A stretch of 64,000 nucleotides of DNA from Victivallaceae bacterium (lineage in GTDB: Bacteria > Verrucomicrobiota > Lentisphaeria > Victivallales > Victivallaceae), in assembly GCA_031548025.1 (NCBI GenBank), contig JAVBRM010000023.1:70362-134361 (forward strand), given 5' to 3'. Below the pieces are notes generated by a model. It did not search any database and was not told the origin of the DNA. It saw only the letters and a program-made list of their open reading frames with translations. Within the stretch, counting starts at the first letter, position 1, and every line of letters begins with the position of its first letter. A program made the position numbers and the translations under genes. Of the stretch, positions 34,513 to 44,016 are shown piece after piece.

Positions 34513-36469
34513 CCAATGCGCAGATTTCTGATATTTTTAAGCCAAAATCGGCGGTGAAACGGTAAACGCGGCTATCGGAAGCGGTAAATTCCACTCCCCG
34601 GCACAGTCCCGGCAGTTCCAGGGTTTTCCAATTCGCGCCTTCCTTGGCCGTCGTTACCGCGTAGCCGCAGTCGATAACGCATTCACCGCGGCGATATCGG
34701 CGCAACGGCTTGGTTATGCCGATGACATCCGCGTACAAAGAAGGCAGAAACGGGTAACGCCCCAGACGTATATTTCTTTCGTCGGGGCAAATAATCTCCA
34801 AACCGTCTCCTCCGTACAACAAAAACACCGACATTTCGCCGTCGATGCTCACAGAATCGGTTCCTTCACGGCTGTAGCGCCGTTCGAAACCATTGAACAG
34901 ATCATTGGGCATTTTCAGATTCACTCCACAGATCCGGGTCAGGGTGGTCTCTTTGAGCATGGTTATGCGGTCAAAAATCAACAATGTTTTTCCGTCCGGC
35001 AAAGCGGCCACCGCCATTTGTTGCCGGGCAAAATCGTATTCATCCTCCCCCTCCCCCAAAGGCTTCTGGGTCCGCCAGATGAATTCACCACTCCCTAACC
35101 AACCGCCCGGTATTTCCCGGTTGTGATAGCTCCGGGGGAAAGCAACGCAGGGCGCCGGAGTGGCCAACTCTCCGCACAGATTATGCTGCCACTCCGCCAT
35201 GTCGCTGCGGCCGGACGGCACACACAGCCCCACCGGCCCCAGAGAACCGCGCCAAACCCATGAGCGAATATTCCCGCCATCTCGAACCAGCTCCGCGCCG
35301 TGAAACTCATCACGCCAGGTCTTTTCTGGCTCCGATGTTTTTTGCACCTTGAACTCAAACTCACGCCGGTAGTATGCACCGCTGGAAAACGCCGACAGCA
35401 TATCCGACTCCAAACGGCAATAATATTGATAATTATCCTCCCGGAACCGTGCCAGCCGACGCGAAAAAAACGTTCCGTCACCGGAGTACGCCCGCTCCTG
35501 ATTGACGATCCGCAAGTACCCTTCCTCAAACACCAAAGCCTCGGCGTCACCGAGATAATCGGCGATAAAAAGCCACATCGGAATACACTGGGTCTGGCAG
35601 TAGGCATAGCGGACCCGCGAGTCTCCGCCGATGCGCAACAACCGGCCATCCGGGAAGGTCAGGCGCTTCAACAACATCCAGAGTTTTTCGACATTGCGGT
35701 AAATCTCCGGCGGCGCTTCCAGACCACGTTTTTTACAATAAAAATGCAATATGGCGATGTGAGACAAACAGGTTACCATGTACCCCACGTTCAAATATTT
35801 GTGATGATCCAACGACAGGTTTTCTGTGAAATTGCAACCCTCCAGCCACTCGAACAAAGGCTTGCCCCCGTAAATCTCATTGGACTCGAGATCGGACGGT
35901 ACGCAAATACCGTTGAGAATCAGCTTCAACCCTTTTTGACGGTACGCCTCCGCCCGGGGCGCGTCCGGATATTCCATGGCCGTGCGCAACAGCATAGAGC
36001 CGTTCCAGATATTCGATTCGGGCTTATTCCGCCCCTCCTGGGCGTCGATACCGGCATGAACCGGCAGCTCATCCAGCAGCCAATCCGCCTCGGAAAGCAT
36101 GACCCGGCGCAGACTCCGCAAATCGTCAGCGCTCAGAAACGGACGAATGGCCTCGATGCCATGCGTCATCCGCTCCAGCGAACCGCCGGCACTGATCCAG
36201 GTATACCCCCATTGCCCGCCGTCGGTTCCGCGGGCTTCACCCGAAAGATGGGTAGCCAGGATATAACGCAGTATCGCCAAAACGGTATCGGTATCGCCCA
36301 TTATCGCCAGCGCGGCGAAAGCCTTGGCGCAGCACTGAACCGGCCAGTTATGGCTCTCGCCGGTACCGAAATACATCAGTTTTTCGTCAAACTCCGCCTT
36401 CCGCAAGAATTCCGGCATTACCCGCATGAACTCCAGCAAAGGCCGAATATAATCGTTTTCCGTTACCAT
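34505..36469 (-). CDS. hypothetical cytoplasmic 654-aa protein (unassigned; possibly alpha/alpha-toroid lyase/hydrolase-like)
   Basis: Long ORF abutting the upstream gene (stop 36470, start 36469). No signal peptide and no motif I can assign. Confidence 0.7.
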   Translation of the reverse strand: MVTENDYIRPLLEFMRVMPEFLRKAEFDEKLMYFGTGESHNWPVQCCAKAFAALAIMGDTDTVLAILRYILATHLSGEARGTDGGQWGYTWISAGGSLERMTHGIEAIRPFLSADDLRSLRRVMLSEADWLLDELPVHAGIDAQEGRNKPESNIWNGSMLLRTAMEYPDAPRAEAYRQKGLKLILNGICVPSDLESNEIYGGKPLFEWLEGCNFTENLSLDHHKYLNVGYMVTCLSHIAILHFYCKKRGLEAPPEIYRNVEKLWMLLKRLTFPDGRLLRIGGDSRVRYAYCQTQCIPMWLFIADYLGDAEALVFEEGYLRIVNQERAYSGDGTFFSRRLARFREDNYQYYCRLESDMLSAFSSGAYYRREFEFKVQKTSEPEKTWRDEFHGAELVRDGGNIRSWVWRGSLGPVGLCVPSGRSDMAEWQHNLCGELATPAPCVAFPRSYHNREIPGGWLGSGEFIWRTQKPLGEGEDEYDFARQQMAVAALPDGKTLLIFDRITMLKETTLTRICGVNLKMPNDLFNGFERRYSREGTDSVSIDGEMSVFLLYGGDGLEIICPDERNIRLGRYPFLPSLYADVIGITKPLRRYRRGECVIDCGYAVTTAKEGANWKTLELPGLCRGVEFTASDSRVYRFTADFGLKISEICALAF

Positions 36470-39343
36470 CTATTCTTCCTGGAATTCCACGATCCGGACG
36501 CCTCCGGCGGGAACAATCAATTCAAATTTCCCGTCTTTCGGCGCCATAACCTCCGAGGTCATCCATTCCGAAGCGGATTTCACCGGTGTTTTCGGAATGA
36601 CCGTTACTTTGACGGCCTCTTGGGGATCGGCCGGAGGCATGGGGTTTTCCCAGCTCCGGTTCGGCGCCACTCCGTAGTTGTTGAAGAACGACACCACCCA
36701 GCCTTTGGAATTGCGGCTGACCAGATATTCGACATCACCTTCGACTTTGACCGGCAGCAATTCCCGGCTGACATGCGACATCAGATTGCTGAAAAGCTTC
36801 AGCATATTCCGGCGCTCCCAGGCGATTTTCAGATACTCGGGAGTGCTCAGGATAACCTTGCCTTTACCCCGTGCCGCCGACAGGATCAGCGGAGATTTGC
36901 GCTCGTCGGCACTCACGGCCAGTATGGTGGTCCCGGCGGATGGCTTTACTTCCTGATACTTGAATTTACCGGTCTCGACGATCAATTCGCCGCTCAAATA
37001 ACTGTAACTGCGGTCTGCCTGAAAATTTTTTCCGGTCGGTTGCGCTCCCAAAAAATCCGGTGGAAATAATGATAAATACGGTTCAAGCTGTTTCAGGTTG
37101 ATTATCAGGGTCCCGCCGTTATCGACATAGGAAACCAGTTTTTCGGCCAGCGCCCGGTCAACCGGCACATCGCCGCAGAAGAAAACCGCCGGATAACTGT
37201 CGATGGTCCGCGCCGAAGCATCGTTGGTGATCACGTCGAAGATATCTCCGAACGGCGACACCCGAAACGCCAGGTCGTTGTAGATCTTTTTCGAATAAGG
37301 AAAAATCGTATGTTCCAGCGCCATCATCATCCGGTCCGCCTCGGTGGGGGGGATTGCATCCCAGATATTGGACATATATTTGGGCATATAACCATGATGC
37401 AGGTCCCACATCAAGGCAACCGGCGCATAAGCGGTACCGCGATCATGTTTTTTGACGATATTGTCATACATCCAGGCCAGATCCTCGCCCATTCTGGAGA
37501 GATACCACTTTTTATCCCGCAAATTCACCACCAGCGGATCCACCGAATCGATGGTCCGGTAGTCATAACGCGACGGCGTATGACGGTGTCCGCCCTCTTC
37601 GGTAATGATATTGCTGCCGGACAAATAAGTATAATAAATCTGCCGCAGCCGATCCTCATAAGGAACTCCGACCAAGGGGCCGCGGGCGGAGGATTTGCTC
37701 AAATTTAGTTCATTGATTCTCCCGCTGATCCTGAGCTCGTGCGGAGTCAGGCTTTCATAAAATTCGTTGATCGCATAAGAAGCATCGGCGCTCTCGGCCT
37801 GGCCGGGAAATTTCAATTTTTTGTCATGAGTCGCGATATAGGTCCGCCACGGTTTACCGTACTGCCGGGCGGCTCCTCTGGAGACCGCGATCTGCATGGG
37901 CATATCGAGTATTTCCGCGCTGATCTCATGACCGCTCATCACGTCACCGGCACTCAGGAACAAATGATCGGCGTAAGTCGCACTGCCGCTGCCGCGCCAA
38001 GGGTGTAATTCCGGATAAAATACCGGCCAGGAACGCGCGGTGGCAGTTTTGATATTGCGATAAAAACTCAGGAAACTCTGATAACCTTCCTCCTTGGTTT
38101 TCGGCACCGGAATACCGGCCTTTTCCAGGGTCCGGGCATATCCCCGGATGCCGATACACTCCTCAGCCCCCAACACCACCAGCCGATCCTGATATTTATC
38201 AATGAATTGCCGAATCGATTCTTTGGTTATGCCAAAAGCTTCCTCTTTATCATCCGGTAAAGTTCTCGTTTTGAGAATAAACGGATTTGAAGTTTTTTCC
38301 AGGGCTATTCGTTGAGCCTCCTGGATTTCACCATTGAGGATTCTTTCCAGCGGACGCAACGGTTTCTTGTCATTCCGGTCGCTAAACAGCATAATATAAA
38401 GCATACTCTCGCGATAAAGCGGAATATCGGTAAAATCTCCCGGCTGTGCAAAATTACCCCGCGGCATCATCATGAACCAGAAGTCTTTACCCTTGATATC
38501 CTTCGGTTTCCATTCATCGGCCACCCGGTACTCTCCCGCCTTGGAACCGACAAAGTTCGTTGCTTTCCCCGCTTTGAGGTCGGCCGCGATGATCTGATTG
38601 CGGTCATGATCGATCAACCTCTCGATCTCCATGAGCCCGGTCAAAGCCGGAATCAGCTCCTTGCCGGATACCGCGTCAATCCGGTTCAGGTACTTTTCCG
38701 CTCCGGTCATGCTTTTCAGTTCAGCCTTGCGGTCAGCAACGATTTTCTCCGAAGTCCCCAGGAAGAAATCGTCGAAATCATCCGGAGCGACGAATGATCG
38801 AACCTGAATGGGAAATAAACTGCTGTTACCATCCCCGGTCGCACGAATAATATTCCCCTGATATACCCGTCCCGACAAAGGGTTCTGCGGCAGACACGCC
38901 AAGGGAATTTTTATTTCGGCTGACCAGCCGGAATCATGAAACGCGACCGCGCTTTGCAAGCTGCCATCTTCCGGATAACGCTGCCCGGTAACCGCCAACG
39001 CAAAAGTGGAAAAATGTTCCTTATCGCCAAGTCGAATTTCCAATCGCGGCAGGCTGAAAACGGAAACACTTTTCAGAGTGCCGTCCTTTGGAACGCGATG
39101 GCAATTCAATGCAAGATAAATATTCTCCGAGTCATACATCGCATACAAATCGGTTTGCTCCTCCGACGGCTTATTCCGTTCCATCGGAGCGAATTTACGG
39201 TCGACCCGACCATGATTCCACTCTGCCGGGGTGATTACCCCGTCCAGTACCGGCGGTTTATCGGTTCGCGCCGCGATCACCGGCGCCGCTGTAAGCTGAC
39301 AGGCAACCGGCAACAGAAAAGCCCATTTGAATAAATTTTTCAT
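36470..39343 (-). CDS. secreted about 957-aa protein with N-terminal CBM9-like module
   Basis: MKNLFKWAFLLPVACQLTAAPVIA is a signal peptide. TDKPPVLDGVITPAEWNHG...YAMYDSENIYLALNC is CBM9/DOMON-like. An alternative start at 39355 overlaps the upstream stop. Confidence 0.8.
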   Translation of the reverse strand: MKNLFKWAFLLPVACQLTAAPVIAARTDKPPVLDGVITPAEWNHGRVDRKFAPMERNKPSEEQTDLYAMYDSENIYLALNCHRVPKDGTLKSVSVFSLPRLEIRLGDKEHFSTFALAVTGQRYPEDGSLQSAVAFHDSGWSAEIKIPLACLPQNPLSGRVYQGNIIRATGDGNSSLFPIQVRSFVAPDDFDDFFLGTSEKIVADRKAELKSMTGAEKYLNRIDAVSGKELIPALTGLMEIERLIDHDRNQIIAADLKAGKATNFVGSKAGEYRVADEWKPKDIKGKDFWFMMMPRGNFAQPGDFTDIPLYRESMLYIMLFSDRNDKKPLRPLERILNGEIQEAQRIALEKTSNPFILKTRTLPDDKEEAFGITKESIRQFIDKYQDRLVVLGAEECIGIRGYARTLEKAGIPVPKTKEEGYQSFLSFYRNIKTATARSWPVFYPELHPWRGSGSATYADHLFLSAGDVMSGHEISAEILDMPMQIAVSRGAARQYGKPWRTYIATHDKKLKFPGQAESADASYAINEFYESLTPHELRISGRINELNLSKSSARGPLVGVPYEDRLRQIYYTYLSGSNIITEEGGHRHTPSRYDYRTIDSVDPLVVNLRDKKWYLSRMGEDLAWMYDNIVKKHDRGTAYAPVALMWDLHHGYMPKYMSNIWDAIPPTEADRMMMALEHTIFPYSKKIYNDLAFRVSPFGDIFDVITNDASARTIDSYPAVFFCGDVPVDRALAEKLVSYVDNGGTLIINLKQLEPYLSLFPPDFLGAQPTGKNFQADRSYSYLSGELIVETGKFKYQEVKPSAGTTILAVSADERKSPLILSAARGKGKVILSTPEYLKIAWERRNMLKLFSNLMSHVSRELLPVKVEGDVEYLVSRNSKGWVVSFFNNYGVAPNRSWENPMPPADPQEAVKVTVIPKTPVKSASEWMTSEVMAPKDGKFELIVPAGGVRIVEFQEE

Positions 39344-39348
39344 ACAGT

Positions 39349-40479
39349 TCACCATTTCCCGATTTTAAGATTTTCGATGACGATTTGGCCGCGATCCATT
39401 GAAGTATCCGGCACGTCGTTAATGCCCAGCGTGATCTTTTTCACCGGCAGATCAACGGTCTGATTGCCGTCGCCGCCCCATTTGGAAGCATAGCGTTCAA
39501 ATGGTTCGACCTTCGGCAGCAGTTTGCCCAAACGCAGGTTAAAGGTCTTCTTGCCGCTCTCCGGCAGAGCTCCCAGCGCAGCAAAATGCGCCTCACCTCC
39601 AGCGTCGTAAAGCACGATAAAAAGTTCATGCCCTTTGCCCTCTCCGCTTACCGTGAAAGAGATGTTTTCGCAGACCGGAATATCCTTGGCCAGATCGAAC
39701 ATGAATGCGTCATGCTGCGGGGTAGTAAAAACGTAGTCGATTACAAATTTGCCGTTCCGGTTTTCCACTTTGCATCCCTCTGGCGGCGGCGCGGGCTTTT
39801 CGCCGACATGCGCCGCCGGGTTGACCGGATTGACATCCTTGAATTCAATCGTCATATCCGGCAACTCAACTTTCGCCTTGGGAGGGGCAACCTCTTTTTT
39901 CACGACTGGTTTCCGCCGTTCACTGAATGTTTTCGGTTCCGCCACCGGGCCCAATCCCACCAGGGCCGCCGCCGCCACGGTTACCTTGGCCTTGCCGGTC
40001 AACCGGACCAGATTCATGGTGAATTTGCCTTCACAGTCGGTGGGAGTCTCAATTTCACGATAATACACGTTCCAATCAAAATCCCGCTGATAAGCGCTAC
40101 CCCCACTGCGAAATTGCGCTCCTCCCTCATACTTATGATCTCCAATAAATCCCAGTATACGGACGTTGGCGCCATCCGCGACTTCGCCTTTCATAATCGC
40201 GGCCCAAATGTATTTGGTGCCGGGTTTCAAAGTCACCCCGGGATAAGTGAGCGTTCCGCTCTTCCCTTCACTATCCGTATTCAATACCGGCAGATCATTT
40301 TCTCTGGATACCGTCAAACCCTGACTGCGCCATGGTGGAAAATTCCCTTTGCCGTCCGGCTTGAAGATGTGATTTTTCAATAAATTCGCCCCTTCCGGCA
40401 ATTGAAAATTATCCCACGGTTCGGCGGCGTTTAAAAATACCGCCGCCAATGACAATGCAATGACAAATCCTATTTTCAA
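39349..40479 (-). CDS. secreted about 376-aa protein with CBM4_9-like N-terminal module
   Basis: TTG start at 40479 lies 5 nt after GGGAGG and gives the signal peptide LKIGFVIALSLAAVFLNAAEP. The track start 40725 would run 230 nt into the upstream pilin-like gene. ANLLKNHIFKPDG...PPW is a CBM-like start. Confidence 0.75.
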   Translation of the reverse strand: MKIGFVIALSLAAVFLNAAEPWDNFQLPEGANLLKNHIFKPDGKGNFPPWRSQGLTVSRENDLPVLNTDSEGKSGTLTYPGVTLKPGTKYIWAAIMKGEVADGANVRILGFIGDHKYEGGAQFRSGGSAYQRDFDWNVYYREIETPTDCEGKFTMNLVRLTGKAKVTVAAAALVGLGPVAEPKTFSERRKPVVKKEVAPPKAKVELPDMTIEFKDVNPVNPAAHVGEKPAPPPEGCKVENRNGKFVIDYVFTTPQHDAFMFDLAKDIPVCENISFTVSGEGKGHELFIVLYDAGGEAHFAALGALPESGKKTFNLRLGKLLPKVEPFERYASKWGGDGNQTVDLPVKKITLGINDVPDTSMDRGQIVIENLKIGKW

Positions 40480-40492
40480 AAGAACCTCCCAG

Positions 40493-41269
40493 TCAGCGAT
40501 ATGAGCTGAATTGTATTTTTTGTTTAAGTTCGTTATACATATGATCGAAAATATACAGCGTGGTGGAAGTCGCTGTGTCAAGGGAATTCCAGGCATACTC
40601 CTTGCCGGTTTCCTGAAAAAATTGATCGGTGGACCAAGAAGCCGCATGCCCGTCGAGGCAACCAACGTTGATCTTGGTATTGTCGTGCGCACCGGAAAAA
40701 AATCGGTTGGTTCCCGTGCCCTCACCTGCTGTCAGGTTCACGACGTAAGATTGCTTACCGCCCTTTGTAGCTGAGCGGGTAATATGATACGCGCTGTCGC
40801 CTAGTTGCATATATGAGGAAGGAAAGCGAAGCAGCCGCATACTCAAATAATAGTCGCCGTCGACATCGGTTCTGGTCCAGAGCAAGCGTGGAGTATCGTT
40901 GGCGGCACCGCACCGCCCGCCATAAGTATACCAGCGCGAAGAACCTTCATCGTCCGTATTCCAGCGATACTGCGGCATGGCCGGACAGACCATGACATTG
41001 GGACTCTTCACGATATTGTCGTCATATTTTTTCCCCCGGTAAAAGGTCGTGCTCCAATAAGTTCCCCCCTGGCGGACCATCAGAAAACCGCCGTTTTCAT
41101 CGGCGTAGAGTTGATGATACCCCATCATCTGTTTCAGGTTGGAGAGGCAATTGATGCATTTTGCTTTCGCTCTGGCCTTATTCAAGGCCGGCAGCAGCAA
41201 TGCCGCCAGGATCGCGATGATCGCGACCACAACCAGGAGTTCAATGAGTGTGAAATTGCTTCTTTTCAT
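40493..41269 (-). CDS. prepilin-type N-terminal cleavage/methylation domain protein, DUF1559 / H-X9-DG family
   Basis: [48 protein letters not shown] at the N-terminus and C-terminal [14 protein letters not shown]. There is a 4-nt ATGA overlap with the upstream AraC gene. Confidence 0.9.
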   Translation of the reverse strand: MKRSNFTLIELLVVVAIIAILAALLLPALNKARAKAKCINCLSNLKQMMGYHQLYADENGGFLMVRQGGTYWSTTFYRGKKYDDNIVKSPNVMVCPAMPQYRWNTDDEGSSRWYTYGGRCGAANDTPRLLWTRTDVDGDYYLSMRLLRFPSSYMQLGDSAYHITRSATKGGKQSYVVNLTAGEGTGTNRFFSGAHDNTKINVGCLDGHAASWSTDQFFQETGKEYAWNSLDTATSTTLYIFDHMYNELKQKIQFSSYR

Positions 41270-42135
41270 AAGCTACCTTCTCTGATGTTATTAACCGCAT
41301 TATTCCTGTAAATTCCCGGTGAAACCCCAGTTTTTTCTTTGAATTGCCTGGAAAAAAAATAATGATCCGAATAACCGAGTCCCGCCGAGATTTCCTGCAA
41401 GGTCTGCGGAGTACTCGCCAACAACGCCTTGGCACGGCTGATTCGCTGGTTAATCAGATATTCCTGAGGAGACATCTGCCAGTATTCCGAGAAAATCCGG
41501 GTAAAAGCGTTGCGCCCCAGACCGAACTTCGCAGCCAGTTCGGTCACCGGAATGAAACTTCGGGAATTCTCCTCAATCAGCATGGCGGCCTCGAGCGCCA
41601 GCATCCGGTGCCTGTCGGTATGTTCTTCTTTATCCCGCCCGATGTTGTTATAAAATTCCAGCGACATCAGCAAGGCTTTGAACATCGCTTCGGCGGCGGC
41701 GTTTTTCTCCGCCTTGCGTTCCTCCGGCATGAAATCCTGAAATTTCAGGAGCTTGATAATATTCTGGCCCATCATCCGCCACTGTGGATTGTGAAAACTG
41801 TGCAATAATTCCGGCATTTCATCCACGCCGGGATAATAACAGTTTCCGTCCGGAGTTATCAGGTTAAAATGAAAATAAGCCATGCCGATCGGCTCATCCG
41901 GATTCTGGGTAATCCGATAATTATGGCCGGGACGCATCCAGACGATGGAATCCGCGTCAAGCCTGGTCTTGCCGCCGCGCAGTTCCATTTCGCATTCACC
42001 GGTATGAAACAGCCATAAATCATTATCGATAATCTCTTTGTGCTGCCAGTTAATGGAATGTCTGTTGCCACGCCGCCACTGCGAATTGGCACACCGCCCC
42101 AAACGAACCTCCAGATTTTTCCAGTCCAAACTCAT
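41266..42135 (-). CDS. AraC-family transcriptional regulator (cupin N-domain)
   Basis: C-terminal HTH ...[81 protein letters not shown]. Confidence 0.88.
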   Translation of the reverse strand: MSLDWKNLEVRLGRCANSQWRRGNRHSINWQHKEIIDNDLWLFHTGECEMELRGGKTRLDADSIVWMRPGHNYRITQNPDEPIGMAYFHFNLITPDGNCYYPGVDEMPELLHSFHNPQWRMMGQNIIKLLKFQDFMPEERKAEKNAAAEAMFKALLMSLEFYNNIGRDKEEHTDRHRMLALEAAMLIEENSRSFIPVTELAAKFGLGRNAFTRIFSEYWQMSPQEYLINQRISRAKALLASTPQTLQEISAGLGYSDHYFFSRQFKEKTGVSPGIYRNNAVNNIREGSL

Positions 42136-42854
42136 GAATTATCCTCCAGCATCTCTTTCAGACAACGGGCGTCGTCGAAGAATTGTTCAACACTGTTTCC
42201 CATAACAAATTCCAACAGCCAGGCACGTTCCCGGCCACGCAATAACTGGATGTACTCTTTCCACTCTCCCGCCCCTTCCCGCAGAGGTCGGCGGCCCGAA
42301 GCATCCATGTGGAACACATGCACATGACTGACCTGTGCTATCAACGCTTTCAAGCTCGCCAGGTTATCCGCGCCGAAATGCGACTGAAAATAGCAACGAA
42401 AATTTTTCCGGTCAACCACCCGGACCAATTCAAGAGCGGAAGCCGCGGTATCGGTCAAGGTGTCGCGATGCTTCTCCACACTGATCTCCAATTCACCGGC
42501 GCGGTCACACAACACCGCCAGATTGGCGGCAACTTCCGTTACCGAAGCCTCTTCTGATCCCTTGCAACCGGCCCACACCCGGATATGAGGCGCGCCCAAC
42601 GCCCGGGCAGTAGCAATCAGCGCATCAATCGTATCCACTGAATCGGCCCGGTAATAACTCCCATACGAAATCACTTCCGGCCCGGCGTCCCGGGTCATTT
42701 TTCCCACGGTTTCAGCCGCAGCCAGATCTCCGCACGGCACATGGATATCGCCGCCCCATTCAATCCCGTCAAGACCGGCTTGGGCCGCCAGAGCAATCAA
42801 TTCCCCCGGCGGCAGAGAACGGAAAGTTACGCTGGTCAGTCCGCACTTCATCAT
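42132..42854 (-). CDS. sugar phosphate isomerase/epimerase (xylose-isomerase-like TIM barrel)
   Basis: MKCGLTSVTFRSLPPGELIALAAQAGLDGIEWGGDIHVP... is a typical AP_endonuc_2/XI-like TIM start. The protein is 240 aa and overlaps both neighbours by 4 nt. Confidence 0.7.
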   Translation of the reverse strand: MMKCGLTSVTFRSLPPGELIALAAQAGLDGIEWGGDIHVPCGDLAAAETVGKMTRDAGPEVISYGSYYRADSVDTIDALIATARALGAPHIRVWAGCKGSEEASVTEVAANLAVLCDRAGELEISVEKHRDTLTDTAASALELVRVVDRKNFRCYFQSHFGADNLASLKALIAQVSHVHVFHMDASGRRPLREGAGEWKEYIQLLRGRERAWLLEFVMGNSVEQFFDDARCLKEMLEDNS

Positions 42855-43900
42855 TCACCTGCCTTTTCGCGCGCCTCATCCAACAGGCGCATCAGCTTCC
42901 AGGTATCCGACAGCGGATTCAGCGGAACCGCATCGGCGGTTATGTAATCGTAAAGATTGCGATAGTAGGCGCTGACCGGTTTGTCGCCGGCCCCCGCTCC
43001 GGAGAAATATTCTTCCTCAAAAGTGAAATCGGCTTTCGGGTATTTCCGGCCCGGCGCGGCCATGCCTTCCGCGATTTCCGCCTCACCGGCCTTGGCCGGA
43101 TCGTAATACCGGATGTGCCACCGGCGCGGTTGTTCATCCGTCAATACCGCCGCACCATACTGACCATAAACCGCATAACAATACGGCACGATTGCCGCCG
43201 CCTGGTTGATATTGATATCCACCAGGACGTCGCCGTTGAAGCGCAGCAGGATCTTCACGACATCCTCGGCGTCTCCGACCGACGCCACACGGTCGATGTC
43301 GCATGCCAGCAACTGATAATCCCCGCCCAGCAGATATATGAACTGGTCCACATGATGAGCGCCGTAATTCAGCAGCATTCCGCCGCCGTTTTTCCTGAAA
43401 GCCTGCCAGTCGTTGCGGCGACAGTAACGGCCGACGAAATCATGAATCTGAAAAATCCGTCCCAGTTTCCCCGAATCGATGATCACACGCAAATCGGCGG
43501 TATCCTGGCAAAGCCGCCGGGGCTGATAAATCATCAGTTTGCGCGAATTTTCCCGGGCCGCCGCCATCATCGCCTCAAATTCGGTATGACAGATCGCCGC
43601 CGGTTTGTCGCAGAAAACATGACTGCCGTGCCGCAGCGCCGCAATGGTGTCGGCAGCATGATAGACCGTCGGCGAGGCAATCACCACCAGGTCCGGATGC
43701 TCCGCGGCCAGCAATTCCTCCGTAGAAGCATAAAAACGCGGTATGGCAAAATGATCACACGCCTCACGGCAACGCTCGGCCAACGGGTCGACTACCGCAC
43801 TGAGCCGATAATTGTCATTGCCCGCCATTGCCGGAAGATGAGCACTCCAGGCAATACGCCCTACCCCAACCAAAGCCGTCGTCAATTTTCCGCCATTCAT
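42851..43900 (-). CDS. Gfo/Idh/MocA-family NAD(P)-dependent oxidoreductase
   Basis: Rossmann start LTTALVGVGRIAWSAHLPAM, plus EKP-like FCDKPAA and a C-terminal alpha/beta domain. ATG 43900 has GAGG 6 nt upstream and fits the promoter box at 43924-43954; the track start 43912 is the alternative. Confidence 0.85.
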   Translation of the reverse strand: MNGGKLTTALVGVGRIAWSAHLPAMAGNDNYRLSAVVDPLAERCREACDHFAIPRFYASTEELLAAEHPDLVVIASPTVYHAADTIAALRHGSHVFCDKPAAICHTEFEAMMAAARENSRKLMIYQPRRLCQDTADLRVIIDSGKLGRIFQIHDFVGRYCRRNDWQAFRKNGGGMLLNYGAHHVDQFIYLLGGDYQLLACDIDRVASVGDAEDVVKILLRFNGDVLVDININQAAAIVPYCYAVYGQYGAAVLTDEQPRRWHIRYYDPAKAGEAEIAEGMAAPGRKYPKADFTFEEEYFSGAGAGDKPVSAYYRNLYDYITADAVPLNPLSDTWKLMRLLDEAREKAGE

Positions 43901-43923
43901 GCTAGTCCTCATTGTTTGCCAAT

Positions 43924-43954
43924 ATTATATCGCATGAATGGTGATTTTAAAATG
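43924..43954 (-). promoter_or_regulatory. conserved 31-nt promoter box, copy 2
   Basis: The reverse strand reads CATTTTAAAATCACCATTCATGCGATATAAT. TATAAT (43929-43924) lies about 24 nt upstream of ATG 43900. Confidence 0.6.
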
Positions 43955-44016
43955 GATTATCGCACCGCTTTGTTGTGTTTTTGCACCTTTCGGTAATTTT
44001 AGCTTTCTGCGGATTT

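Noticed and set aside
25357-37069. Further long antisense ORFs: 25357-26637, 26707-28422, 30466-31557, 31884-33236, 32959-34464 and 35300-37069 (426-589 aa)
   Set aside because: Each lies fully opposite a gene with clear signal peptides or family motifs. Their translations are R/P/G/H-rich and repetitive, lack SD sequences, and overlap one another. The same applies elsewhere to 690-1361, 1707-2579, 11141-12319, 19401-20303, 39586-40383, 43115-43996, 45258-46103, 50393-51349, 51873-52811, 54012-54731 and 57199-58305.
40480-40725. 5' extension of ORF 39349-40725, overlapping the pilin-like gene by about 230 nt
   Set aside because: GGGAGG plus TTG at 40479 yields a proper signal peptide 13 nt downstream of the pilin-like stop. 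Similar over-extensions were trimmed at 2525, 4300, 7422, 20384, 32927, 47510, 51316, 56617 and 61281, in several cases because a promoter lies inside the extension.
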